Positions 38,946 through 48,367 are shown, numbered from the stretch's first letter. The stretch is DNA of 64,000 bases from Pirellulales bacterium (GCA_028289405.1 JANQPP010000036.1:28297-92296); one strand, 5' to 3'. Made by a program: numbers and translations. The notes: a model not told the origin generated them from the letters alone.

Positions 38946-39012
38946 TGTTGACTCATATTCGAATATAGACGGACGGAAAGCCGTGTTCCACGATAGAGAA
39001 CGCTGCCTGCCA

Positions 39013-40440
39013 TCAAATGGGCTCCAAACTGAACGACAAGGCTTCTCCTTGCACCCGGGATTGGTGGGTCAGCTCGGCTGAACCCTCCATCGCCCGCTGA
39101 TCGACTTCCAAGGGAAGTTTGGATCGACAGGCCAAGGTTTCCCCACGGCGAAACAGCACCACATCCTCGGGCCAACTCGGACAAACAATGTGGTCGGCGC
39201 TACGTGGGCCGAGGATGCATGTTTCGGCCATCAGCAAAATCCCATCGACCGACGGTTTGGTCCGATGCCGGCTGACGAAATCGAGCCGGGCGGACGCACT
39301 CAACATATGCGGGCGGCTGAACTTCCACACAACGCCATCTCCCATTTCGATTTGGCTGCCGTCACGCAGCAGGGATGGCCGCTGGATCACCACGCCGTCC
39401 ACGCGCACTTTTCCCAATGGCTGGATCGTATAACCCTCGCCGTCGCGGCGGATGACCGCGTGTTTGCGGGAGACATCCGCGAGCACCGGGATGTCCACGT
39501 CGTTGCCCGGTATCGGCTGGCCAATCAGGATCTCGGAACCTTGACAGACGAGAAAACCGCCTACCGCGTCTACCCACAGCAGGAATCGGGGACCTCGTTG
39601 ACCCGATGGGGCGACCTGGGCGACCGGCGTGGAGCTCATGTTCGTCATGGCCGGACTCCTGGGCTGGCGTGGCGGAGGAGCGGAGCGTCCTGCTTGGATA
39701 CCGACCGCGGACCAGGCGCGGCGGCGGGCATCCAGCGACGGGGCATGTTCGGGCGCCAACTCCAACAGCTTCTCCGCGGCGGACAATACATCGGTCCAGG
39801 ACTCCTGGGCGAGAGCGTTGTGCAGTTTCTCCAGCCATGGCCGGCTTGTCAGCAGGGCTTCACGGCAGTTTTTGCGTTGTTCGGCGAGTCGCTTGGACTC
39901 GGGCAGCAAGGCGCAAGCGGTGGCCAGTTCAATATCCGCTTGGGCGAATTCACCCTGCCGCTGATAGTTTTCCGCGGCGCGCCATCGCTGGGCGGCTTGC
40001 TTCAATGTGCGGGCACGCGGTGAATCGAGCCCTCTTTTTTCGAGCACGCGGAGGCGTGCCAGCGCGGCTTCCGCGTCCGCCGCTTCTAGGCAGCTTTCGG
40101 CTTCCTCGACCGTGCCTTCCAAGAGGGCTTGCCGCAAGGCGGGCAATTCGGTGGCATCGGGCGAGAGAATGGTGGCTTGATCCAAGTCGTGCCAGCCAGC
40201 CCTGGAATCTCCCTGCTCGACCTGTTTCCGGCCTCGTTTGGCCATTTGGCTGGCGACACGGGCGGCAAGTGCCGCTCCTGGGCGGAACCGCCGCAGGTCC
40301 TCTTCGCGGAGGAGTTGTCCCGCCTCGTCGAGGCGTCCGCCTCCCAGCGCGTCCGCCGCTTTTCTCAGTTGGAGCCGCCAAGACTGGAACATGAAACTAC
40401 TCCTGCTCTCCTCGGTCGACGCATCCACGTTACCAATCAT
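39013..40440 (-). CDS. FHA-domain protein with an N-terminal helical-repeat region
   Basis: FHA core: ILIGQPIPGNDVDIPVLADVSRKHAVIRRDGEGYTIQPLGKVRVDGVVIQRPSLLRDGSQIEMG. A second FHA-like half follows. The track start (40479) is a TTG extension. ATG 40440 (GAGGGG upstream) or ATG 40392 (AGGAG upstream) is more likely. Confidence 0.8.
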   Translation of the reverse strand: MIGNVDASTEESRSSFMFQSWRLQLRKAADALGGGRLDEAGQLLREEDLRRFRPGAALAARVASQMAKRGRKQVEQGDSRAGWHDLDQATILSPDATELPALRQALLEGTVEEAESCLEAADAEAALARLRVLEKRGLDSPRARTLKQAAQRWRAAENYQRQGEFAQADIELATACALLPESKRLAEQRKNCREALLTSRPWLEKLHNALAQESWTDVLSAAEKLLELAPEHAPSLDARRRAWSAVGIQAGRSAPPPRQPRSPAMTNMSSTPVAQVAPSGQRGPRFLLWVDAVGGFLVCQGSEILIGQPIPGNDVDIPVLADVSRKHAVIRRDGEGYTIQPLGKVRVDGVVIQRPSLLRDGSQIEMGDGVVWKFSRPHMLSASARLDFVSRHRTKPSVDGILLMAETCILGPRSADHIVCPSWPEDVVLFRRGETLACRSKLPLEVDQRAMEGSAELTHQSRVQGEALSFSLEPI

Positions 40441-40487
40441 CTCATGCCCCTCGCTCTTCGATAAGCACTGTGCCGGCAATTCCGATT

Positions 40488-40536
40488 CATGCGCCGTGGC
40501 CTGCCACGCCTCCTAGATCATGGCAGGCCGCGCATG
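40488..40536 (-). promoter_or_regulatory. Strong intercistronic stem-loop between the coiled-coil gene and the FHA gene
   Basis: CATGCGC(cgt)GGCCTGCCA - 14-nt loop - TGGCAGGCCGCGCATG. 16 bp with a 3-nt bulge. No U-tract on either strand. Confidence 0.5.
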
Positions 40537-40582
40537 TGACACAGTGGTTTCGACTGGGCACTCTCCCCAGCCAACAGTCGCC

Positions 40583-41386
40583 TTAGTGGACTTCCTCGAA
40601 GGAAACCTCGGCAACCGTATTGTCGGTCTGGAAGTAGCTCGTCACTTGATCGACGATGTCCTCGGCGACCGGCTCTTCCAAGGGGATGCCGTCGAACGGT
40701 TCGTAGGTCAGGTCGACCATCCGCTCATCCACTTCCAAGCGGGTCTCCAGGCTGTTGACCAGTTCCTTGATGCGTCCCAAGCGGCTATCGTCGAAGCAGA
40801 ACTTGGACGAAGTTTGCGCCACTTGAATCATGCGGTTCTTGGCGTCCACGTTTTCCAGAGCGACTTGCAGTTCGCGCTGCTTGCCGACCATCTCCTCGAT
40901 CTTCTGGCGCGAATTGTCCAGCTTCCGGCTCCGGGCATCGTAGACCTTCCGCAAGGTGTCCAACCGGGTGTCCTTGGACTTGTGCCGTGACAGCCGCTTG
41001 GCGAGATCCACTTTCACTTGCGTGACCGTGAAGTCCCGGCTGCCATAGCGGTAGACCTTTTGGCCGCTCCGCAGGTCTGCTTGCAGGCGTAGCATTTCAT
41101 TCTTGCTCTTGGCGAGCTGATGCTCCGCCGTTTCGATTTCGGCGGCCAGCCGCTCCAGTTCCACTTCTTCACGCACGATCTCTTGCACGCCCCGCTCGAT
41201 TTCCGGCTGCAAGCCTTCGAGCATCTTCTGGGCGCGGGCAATCTCGAATTCCACGGGCACGCTGCGGCGTACGGAATCCTTGGCCCGGCTGAAGGTCGTG
41301 GAAACATAACTGGCGGCATCACGCCCAAAGAATAGGCTGGCCAAGAGGCCGGCTCCCCCCGCGACGAGAAAAACTTTCTTCAACAT
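40583..41386 (-). CDS. Membrane-anchored coiled-coil protein (PspA/IM30-like architecture)
   Basis: 267 aa. N-terminal TM (VFLVAGGAGLLASLFF), then long heptad-rich Glu/Arg/Leu helices. The PspA-like call is by architecture only. Confidence 0.55.
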   Translation of the reverse strand: MLKKVFLVAGGAGLLASLFFGRDAASYVSTTFSRAKDSVRRSVPVEFEIARAQKMLEGLQPEIERGVQEIVREEVELERLAAEIETAEHQLAKSKNEMLRLQADLRSGQKVYRYGSRDFTVTQVKVDLAKRLSRHKSKDTRLDTLRKVYDARSRKLDNSRQKIEEMVGKQRELQVALENVDAKNRMIQVAQTSSKFCFDDSRLGRIKELVNSLETRLEVDERMVDLTYEPFDGIPLEEPVAEDIVDQVTSYFQTDNTVAEVSFEEVH

Positions 41387-41673
41387 TTTGCACTCCTTAT
41401 CACCTTGCTCGGTCGAAACAACTGGTCTTGGACGACTTTGGACACTACGGATTCAAGAGCCTTTGGGTCATCCTAAGTGCCCCGTTCACAAGAGGATTTC
41501 GCCGCGCTCGACCGAATCTTGGAGTTTCTCGCGGGATTTTTTGGAGACCTCGCTTACGCTTCTAACCCGAAGGAACCGACCTTTCACCGAAGTTTGTTTG
41601 CTTGGCATCGCTAAATTGTTTTGTATAAAAGGCTTGCAGTGATCGAAGTTGCCGATTCCTTGGCTTTTCCCCG

Positions 41674-42858
41674 TTGGAGCGCCCCTTGCCGGACCATGAC
41701 CGCGAAGAACGAGCGATAGCCACGATTCACGAGCAGGGCTTGCCCATGGTGTTGGCCGTCACGGGGGGCGGAAGCGGCCTGATCTCCGCACTGCTGCGAG
41801 TACCTGGTGCTTCCCGCACCGTCCTGGAAGCGATAGTTCCCTATTCACAGGCGTCACTCGTGGACTGGCTGGGCGCTGTTCCCGAAAATTTTTGCTCCGC
41901 TGAGACGGCTCGGGCCATGGCCATGCGGGCATACAGCTCGGCCCGAAATCTTGCAAAGCGCGAACAACAGCATGCAGAGCCGGTATTGGGGCTCGCGTGC
42001 ACCGCCGGCTTGGCAACCACGGTTCCCAAACGGGGCGACCATCGCATCCACTGGGCCTTGCAGGCGAAAGATCGCACGGTGTCCAAGTATTTGCGTTTGG
42101 AGAAGAATCGCCGCTCGCGGCAGGAAGAAGAACATCTCGCCATGCAAATGGGCCTAAACCTGTTGTTGGAGGAGTTGGAATTGCCCACTGGTGAGTCTTT
42201 GACGTTAATAAGCGAAGAGCACATCACGACCGAACGCACCCTGGCCCCCGCCGGCTGGCAACAATTGTTGGCTGGAGAGACGTCGATTTGGCAGGAATGT
42301 GGGCCGCCGGTCACGAATCCGCCGGCGGGCCGCGTGTTGTTTCCCGGCGCGTTCAACCCCTTGCACTCAGGGCATCGCCAGATGGCGGAAACTGCCCGGG
42401 AGATATTGGGCCGTCCCGTGGATTTTGAGATCTCGATCCTGAATGTGGACAAGCCGCCGCTAGATTTCACGGAAATGGCCCATCGCCGCGCGGAGTTCAC
42501 CGACGAAGAGGTGCTATGGTTCACGCGCTGCCCCACCTTCTTGGAAAAGGCTGAACGTTTTCCCGGGGCGACCTTCGTAGTGGGCGCCGACACGATGATC
42601 CGGCTCGCCGATCCGAAATATTACGGTGGAGATCGCCAGCAGGCGGAAGCGGCCTTTCGCGGGTTACGCGAACTTGGTGCGAGGTTTTTGGTTTTTGGAC
42701 GTGTGGAAGCGGACGTCTTCCACAGTCTGTCGGATTTGGACTTGCCCCAGCCGCTCCGTGAACGGTGTCAGGAAGTCCCGGAGTCCGACTTTCGCCTCGA
42801 TATTAGCTCGACGGAGATCCGACAGCGGGATGCGAGTGCTTCCGAGAGGGACGGGTAA
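41674..42858 (+). CDS. Fusion of a CinA-C-like (NMN deamidase family) domain and a cytidylyltransferase-like nucleotidyltransferase (NadD/NMNAT-like) domain
   Basis: N-terminal half: LAVTGGGSGLISALLRVPGASRTVLEAIVPYSQASLVDWLG (CinA_C pattern). C-terminal half: FPGAFNPLHSGHRQM ((H/T)xGH nucleotidyltransferase motif). TTG start at 41674 is uncertain. Confidence 0.65.
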   Translation: MERPLPDHDREERAIATIHEQGLPMVLAVTGGGSGLISALLRVPGASRTVLEAIVPYSQASLVDWLGAVPENFCSAETARAMAMRAYSSARNLAKREQQHAEPVLGLACTAGLATTVPKRGDHRIHWALQAKDRTVSKYLRLEKNRRSRQEEEHLAMQMGLNLLLEELELPTGESLTLISEEHITTERTLAPAGWQQLLAGETSIWQECGPPVTNPPAGRVLFPGAFNPLHSGHRQMAETAREILGRPVDFEISILNVDKPPLDFTEMAHRRAEFTDEEVLWFTRCPTFLEKAERFPGATFVVGADTMIRLADPKYYGGDRQQAEAAFRGLRELGARFLVFGRVEADVFHSLSDLDLPQPLRERCQEVPESDFRLDISSTEIRQRDASASERDG

Positions 42859-44056
42859 GGCGAGTCGTCGTGCGTGATCGCGGCGAGTCTTTCCCTTCCT
42901 CTGGCTCATCTTGCCATTCCCAGAGCGATTTCGAAGTTGCCATGGTAACGGGAACGAACAGCATCAGCGGTGCCCAAGCGGCAAACGAAGGGCTTAACAG
43001 CGAAGCATTGCCCAGTTGCTGGCAACCGATCACCACCAGCAGGAACATCGCCGCGATGCCGATGCAATAGCCCATCGCTAGAAAAATGTTGCGGTTGTGG
43101 CGATTGAGCATCACGGGCAGGCCCAGCAAGAGCAGGTTGATATCCAGCAGCGGCTGGACCAACCGGGCATGGACGGTCACGCGGACACCGGCGTTGAAGT
43201 CGATGCTGGGGTTGTGCAGGCCCTGGATCAGTTCTCCCGTGGATGCGAACTGTTCCCAGGCCCAGTCGGCGGCGAGTTGTTCGAAGGTGATGTCACTGAC
43301 TACGAAGATTTGGTTTTCCTTCAGCCACGGCGTGTCCATGGGCGTTAGCACGACCTTCTCTTCTCCGAGGGAAAGGGACGGGGTTTCCAGCAGTTCGCGC
43401 GGTTCCGAGACGTTTTCGAGCAAGTAGCCACTAGGTCGGCTCGCTTCCGCGGGACGAAAGTACGCGGTTTCCGCGATCAAATTGGGGCCATGCACATCCA
43501 GAGGTCGGCTGAGGCGTAAGCGTGGCTGATCGATGCGTTGTTCGCCGGCATAGGCCGCGCCGCCATCGAGCAGAATATCCGTTTTCTGGTCGTACTTGGG
43601 GGCCAAGGTCCTGGCTTGCTCTCCTTTAAGGTCTTGGGCGTTTCGCCCGAGTCCGGGCTGATCCCGCAGGACGGGGAGCACGAATTCCCTCTCGGCGGCG
43701 GTCAGGCAGCTAATGGCAATCGCCGCGACCAAAATCGGGGCCAGAATTCGCCCGCGACGAATCCCAGCCGCCATGAGGGCGGTGAGCTCGTTGAATCGTT
43801 GCAGCCAAGTGACCGTGAACACGGCGGCGACGAGAATCAAAATGCCGCTGGTGCGTTCGAAGAACATCAGGGAACGGTGGGCATAGTAGCTGGAAACGAC
43901 GCCCAGCAGATCGCCATCGGATTCCGCGAATTCCAGAAAGGAGTCGAGATTGTTGAAGAGATCCACCACGATGTAGAGGCCGGTGAAGCTCAAGAAACAG
44001 ATCATGAAGGTCTTCACGAACTGCCAGAGCACATAGCGGTCCATGATACGTGGCAT
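42803..44056 (-). CDS. LptF/LptG-family LPS export permease
   Basis: MPRIMDRYVLWQFVKTFMICFLSFTGLYIVVDLF N-terminus, large periplasmic loop and 6 TM segments. Start at ATG 44056 (GGAAGG upstream). Confidence 0.8.
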   Translation of the reverse strand: MPRIMDRYVLWQFVKTFMICFLSFTGLYIVVDLFNNLDSFLEFAESDGDLLGVVSSYYAHRSLMFFERTSGILILVAAVFTVTWLQRFNELTALMAAGIRRGRILAPILVAAIAISCLTAAEREFVLPVLRDQPGLGRNAQDLKGEQARTLAPKYDQKTDILLDGGAAYAGEQRIDQPRLRLSRPLDVHGPNLIAETAYFRPAEASRPSGYLLENVSEPRELLETPSLSLGEEKVVLTPMDTPWLKENQIFVVSDITFEQLAADWAWEQFASTGELIQGLHNPSIDFNAGVRVTVHARLVQPLLDINLLLLGLPVMLNRHNRNIFLAMGYCIGIAAMFLLVVIGCQQLGNASLLSPSFAAWAPLMLFVPVTMATSKSLWEWQDEPEEGKDSPRSRTTTRLTRPSRKHSHPAVGSPSS

Positions 44057-44103
44057 GGCGGCCTTCCATGGCAAGGTTTCGATGATGTTCTGCCAGGTTG
44101 CCG

Positions 44104-45399
44104 TTATCTGGCGCTGGCGATCTCTTCCGTGACTGCTTGCAACGCGGTGGCGAAGGCTTGGACGCCTTTCCGCAGCCGGGCGGGTTCTTGGACTCCAAAG
44201 CTTAGTCTCACACTGTTCCTACGTGCCGGAATGCCAAGTTGTGCGAAACAGTATTCGCCGGGCACGTAGAGTACCCCTTGTTCAATGCAGGCTTGCATCA
44301 GGCGGCTTTCCGGGCCCGCGTCCACCGACTCTGGCAACTCCAGCCAAACGTAGAGCCCACCTTGCGGTAAATCCCAGCGGACCCCTGCGACGTTTCCTAA
44401 ATGTTCTTCCAAGGCTACAGCCATGGCCTCCAGCTTTTCGGCGTATCGCGCGCGGAGCCGTTGCAGGTGCGGTTCGTAGTCGCCGCCGGCCAGCACTTCC
44501 GCCATTAGATGTTGGTTGAGGTTGGGAGATCCGAAGTCCAGATTACCCTTTTGCGCGAGTACTGGCTCGACCAAGTGTTCGGGCAAGCAGGCCCAACCGA
44601 TCCGCATGCCGGGGGAGAAAGATTTGGAGAAAGTGCCGATTTGGATCACGATTTCGCCCGCAGCATCAAAGCTGGCCACGCTGGGCAATTCCGGTCCTTG
44701 ATACCGCAACTCACGGTATGCAATGTCCTCCAGCAGATGGATATGGTGGCCGTTCTCGGAGTAGTGTCGCAAAATCTCCACCAATCGCTGTCGTCGTGAG
44801 ACGGGGAGCGTGGTCCCACGCGGATTGTCGAAATAGCTGGAGAGATAAACGGCTTTGACTTTCGACAATTCCCCGTTGGCGCGGAGCTCTTCCAACCGAG
44901 ATTGTAACGCCTCGGGTACGATGCCTTCCGCATCGCTTTCCACGCCCTCGGCGCGGGCACGCAGGTTGTGGGCGATACCCAGATAGACAAAGTAAGTCGG
45001 ACTCGTGCAGAGGATGATGTCCCCAGGATCGACGAGCGTATCGGTCAGCAAGAACAGCAACTGATTGCTGCCGGCGGACAACACGACTTGAGATGGAGAC
45101 CATTGCGGCCGGTCTGTCTCTTCACCATCGAGCTCTTGCATCCGGGAAATAATGGCTTCGCGCAGTGGCGCGTATCCGGCGTTGGTCCCGTATTGGAGGG
45201 CATCTTGAGTGCGCTCCGGGGACGCACGCAAACGTTCCATCGCGTCCGCGACAGGTTCCGCCGGCAGGGTGTGCGGGTCAACGAAACCGGCCGCCAGCGA
45301 GATCAAATCGGGATTCGCCAGCGCGCGGTGCATCAAGTCGGCGATGGGGGCCTTCCCGGCATGGACGGCCCGTTGGCTCAAGAATGGGGGTGCGGACAC
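44104..45399 (-). CDS. Class I/II PLP-dependent aminotransferase (2-aminoadipate/MocR-type catalytic domain)
   Basis: ISLAAGFVDP, YG...GY.PLREAI, fold-type I pattern and SFSKSFSPGMRIGW (PLP Lys). Start set to GTG 45399, which has AGGAG 6 nt upstream. The track extension to 45684 looks non-coding. Confidence 0.8.
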   Translation of the reverse strand: MSAPPFLSQRAVHAGKAPIADLMHRALANPDLISLAAGFVDPHTLPAEPVADAMERLRASPERTQDALQYGTNAGYAPLREAIISRMQELDGEETDRPQWSPSQVVLSAGSNQLLFLLTDTLVDPGDIILCTSPTYFVYLGIAHNLRARAEGVESDAEGIVPEALQSRLEELRANGELSKVKAVYLSSYFDNPRGTTLPVSRRQRLVEILRHYSENGHHIHLLEDIAYRELRYQGPELPSVASFDAAGEIVIQIGTFSKSFSPGMRIGWACLPEHLVEPVLAQKGNLDFGSPNLNQHLMAEVLAGGDYEPHLQRLRARYAEKLEAMAVALEEHLGNVAGVRWDLPQGGLYVWLELPESVDAGPESRLMQACIEQGVLYVPGEYCFAQLGIPARRNSVRLSFGVQEPARLRKGVQAFATALQAVTEEIASAR

Positions 45400-45582
45400 G
45401 GCAAACTCCTGAGTTGCCAACCGAAGCCGGCGCGTGAAAATGGATAGGGAAGATATGCCGAATAAGGATACAACGTCAAGACGAGAGGTTCGCCCCGATT
45501 TTTTTGGTTTTCTCCGGCTTCTACGGAACCAGTTGCACCCCATGGCACGCACGGATGGTTGGCTAGAGAATGAGTTCGTTCC

Positions 45583-46341
45583 ATGAATTGTCGAGCGGTT
45601 TGGAATCAAGTAATCCAGCGTGCTGCCGATGTCGTGCTGCCGCCAGTCTGCCTGGTGTGTGGCGAGGAGATGTGCCCTAGCCATGATGGCTTGATGGCCT
45701 GCCCACTCTGCCGGCGGGCCATGTCGGAATCCAGGCTCACGGCCTGTTATCGTTGTGCGTCGTTCTACGAACCAGAGCTACACCATGCCAGCGGCTGCCC
45801 TCGGTGCCAGGGAGAGGAATTCGCGTTTTCCGGAGCCACTGCGCTCGGGATTTATGAGAATGAATTGAGGGACTGCGTGCTGGGTTCCAAACAAGCATCC
45901 CATCAGGCCTTGGCACTCCTCCTTGGGAAGCTGCTCGGCGAAAGGCGGAGATCCATCCTACGTTCCTGGCAACCGGACCTTGTGGTGCCGATTCCGCTCC
46001 ATTGGTGGCGACGTGTGCGGCATGGCTACAATAATGCCGAAGTAATAGGGGAAGTGGTGAGCCGGGAGGCCGGAGCGGCGTTCGAGGCTCGGCTGCTGCA
46101 AAGAACACGGTCGACGCGGCCACAGTTCCCTCTTTCCGCGGCGGAAAGACGGCGGAACCTGCAAAATGCCTTTCGTGTCCGTAATGAGTTTGAAGTGGGT
46201 GGTAGCCGAGTGCTCTTGGTCGATGATATCCTTACCACCGGCACAACTTGCCATGAAGCGGCTCGCGCGTTGCATTCTTGCGGCGCCCGCGAAATTCGCG
46301 TTGCCGTGGTAGCACGTGCGTCCGATACTTCCCATGGTTGA
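45583..46341 (+). CDS. comF: ComF-family phosphoribosyltransferase-domain protein
   Basis: N-terminal double zinc ribbon (CLVCGEEM...CPLCRR...CYRC...CPRC) and C-terminal PRTase motif VLLVDDILTTGTT. Confidence 0.8.
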   Translation: MNCRAVWNQVIQRAADVVLPPVCLVCGEEMCPSHDGLMACPLCRRAMSESRLTACYRCASFYEPELHHASGCPRCQGEEFAFSGATALGIYENELRDCVLGSKQASHQALALLLGKLLGERRRSILRSWQPDLVVPIPLHWWRRVRHGYNNAEVIGEVVSREAGAAFEARLLQRTRSTRPQFPLSAAERRRNLQNAFRVRNEFEVGGSRVLLVDDILTTGTTCHEAARALHSCGAREIRVAVVARASDTSHG

Positions 46342-46438
46342 GGCGTTATGCAGTAATGTATGATTCCGCTGCCGTTTATTTGCCGGCAGCGGGCGACTGG
46401 CCGGCTGAATTGGTGATCCCCGTTGTCAAGGTTTATGC

Positions 46439-47407
46439 ATGGCTGAACATCCCGCGCAGACCGGATCCGCGAGCAGCAAGCGCGAAAAGAAGAAGCAGCA
46501 CCCCTTTCGCCGCGCCGTGCTGCGCGGATTGGGCGTCGTGCTTCCGCCGCTGCTCACGGTCGTGATTTTCCTGTGGGTCGGCAATACGGTCCGGGAATAC
46601 GTGCTCACCCCGATTGAGGCCGGCACGCGGTACGTGATGATGTGGATGATCGCCGATACCCGGGACAACGATGAGCTTCCAGCGGACGCGGACGAACGTG
46701 AAAACTTCGCGGAGATTGAGTCCGGCAAATACATCCCCGCCGACATCTATCATTACGTCCAGGAAGAGGATCCCCGGGCACGGCGAATTTTGGACAGTTA
46801 CGCTCCAGTCTTCAACGCCGAGAGCTACTACAAGGCCTACATCAATGCCCGGTACTTGCAGCCGCAATTCGTCATTCCCGTGTTCATCGTCACCTTCTTG
46901 GCGGCGATGTATTTGATCGGCAACTTCATTGCCGCCGGGATTGGCCACGTCAGTTGGAATATGTTCGAACGCGGCGTGTTGACGCTCCCCTTGATCCGCA
47001 ACGTGTACGGATCCGTGAAGCAGGTCACGGATTTCATGTTCACGGAGAAGGAACTCGAATTCAACCGCGTGGTGGCAATCGAGTACCCCCGCAAGGGGAT
47101 TTGGTCGGTCGGTTTCGTGACCGGAGAAAGTTTTCAAGACATTCACGCGGCTGCCAACGAGCCGGTCCTTTCGATTCTCGTGCCGACCTCTCCGGCGCCC
47201 GTCACGGGTTACACGATTAACTGCCGCAAGAGTGAAGTCCTGGATCTGGATATGACCATTGACCAGGCATTCCAGTTCACCATTAGCTGCGGCGTGGTGG
47301 TTCCTCCGCACCAACTCCCTCTGTTGACGCGCCGAGCGGCGCAAATCGACGTAGCCAACGGCAACAAATCGGACGACGGCTCTCCGGCCGCCTTGCCCAG
47401 CGAGTAA
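46439..47407 (+). CDS. DUF502 membrane protein
   Basis: LPPLLTVVIFLWV..., LPLIRNVYGSVKQV, VAIEYPRKGIWSVGFVTG and PTSPAPVTGY match the DUF502 pattern. Confidence 0.8.
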   Translation: MAEHPAQTGSASSKREKKKQHPFRRAVLRGLGVVLPPLLTVVIFLWVGNTVREYVLTPIEAGTRYVMMWMIADTRDNDELPADADERENFAEIESGKYIPADIYHYVQEEDPRARRILDSYAPVFNAESYYKAYINARYLQPQFVIPVFIVTFLAAMYLIGNFIAAGIGHVSWNMFERGVLTLPLIRNVYGSVKQVTDFMFTEKELEFNRVVAIEYPRKGIWSVGFVTGESFQDIHAAANEPVLSILVPTSPAPVTGYTINCRKSEVLDLDMTIDQAFQFTISCGVVVPPHQLPLLTRRAAQIDVANGNKSDDGSPAALPSE

Positions 47408-47434
47408 CCGCCCGGACGGAAAGTTCTTGCCGAA

Positions 47435-48367
47435 ATGCCCTCAGGCGTGCCACTACGTATTGGAACCCGTTCCAGCCCTCTCGCCCGCTGGCAAGCCGAG
47501 TTCGTGGCCAGTGAACTGAAAAAAGCCGGTGTGGCCACGGAATTGGTGCTCATTTCCACCCAAGGCGATCAGCAGCGTGAAAATCCGATTGGCAGTTTGG
47601 GAACCCAAGGGGTTTTCACGAAGGAGATCCAGCGGGCATTGCTACGAGACGAAATCGAAGTCGCCGTGCATAGCTTGAAAGACTTGCCGACGGCTCCTGT
47701 TCCCGGTATTCGTCTGGTGGTGGTACCCTGCCGTGGGCCTTTCCAGGATGTGCTGGTCACGCCAGATCACATCTCTCTCGAAGAATTGCCCAGTGGAGCA
47801 AGAATCGGCACGGGCAGTCTGCGGAGGCAGGCTCAATTGCTCCATATTCGCCCGGACCTTCAGGTTGGCGACGTTCGCGGCAACGTCGAAACCCGGCTGG
47901 CAAAGCTAGCGAGCGGTAAATTCGACGGGCTGCTGCTGGCCGAAGCGGGGCTTCGCCGGTTGGAAATGCACGATGCGGTAGGGCATGTTCTACCCGTCGA
48001 CATGATGATGCCCGCCGTGGGGCAGGGGGCCTTGGGCCTAGAAATTCGGTCGGATGACTCCGGCACGGCGGATAGGATCATGGCTCTCGATGACGCGCGT
48101 TCCCATGCCGCCGTGCTTGCGGAACGCGCGCTGCTCGCGGGACTTCGGGGAGGATGTTTGGCGCCGGTCGGTGCCCATGCGGAGATTTCCGAGGGAGGCA
48201 TGTGTAACTTGCATGCGGTGGTGCTGGACCGGTTCGGAAAGCACTCTCTGCGCGATGAACACAGCGGGCCATCGGAAAACGCTGCCGCGATCGGCAGCGA
48301 GTTGGCGGAGTCATTGCTCGGGCAGGGTGCGGCCCAACTGATCGCCGAAACTCGCGGTTCCGCCTGA
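47435..48367 (+). CDS. hemC: Hydroxymethylbilane synthase (porphobilinogen deaminase)
   Basis: LRIGTRSSPLARWQAEFV, HSLKDLP, RGNVETRL and C-terminal GGCLAPVGAHA (dipyrromethane Cys). Confidence 0.9.
   Translation: MPSGVPLRIGTRSSPLARWQAEFVASELKKAGVATELVLISTQGDQQRENPIGSLGTQGVFTKEIQRALLRDEIEVAVHSLKDLPTAPVPGIRLVVVPCRGPFQDVLVTPDHISLEELPSGARIGTGSLRRQAQLLHIRPDLQVGDVRGNVETRLAKLASGKFDGLLLAEAGLRRLEMHDAVGHVLPVDMMMPAVGQGALGLEIRSDDSGTADRIMALDDARSHAAVLAERALLAGLRGGCLAPVGAHAEISEGGMCNLHAVVLDRFGKHSLRDEHSGPSENAAAIGSELAESLLGQGAAQLIAETRGSA

Noticed and set aside
46433-47344. 303-aa reverse-strand ORF
   Set aside because: Antisense to the well-supported DUF502 gene, with a His/Arg/Gly-rich nonsense-like composition. 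The same reasoning applies to 25539..26429, 11794..12666, 39190..40023, 39606..40394, 41841..42593, 8132..8752 and 38187..38864.
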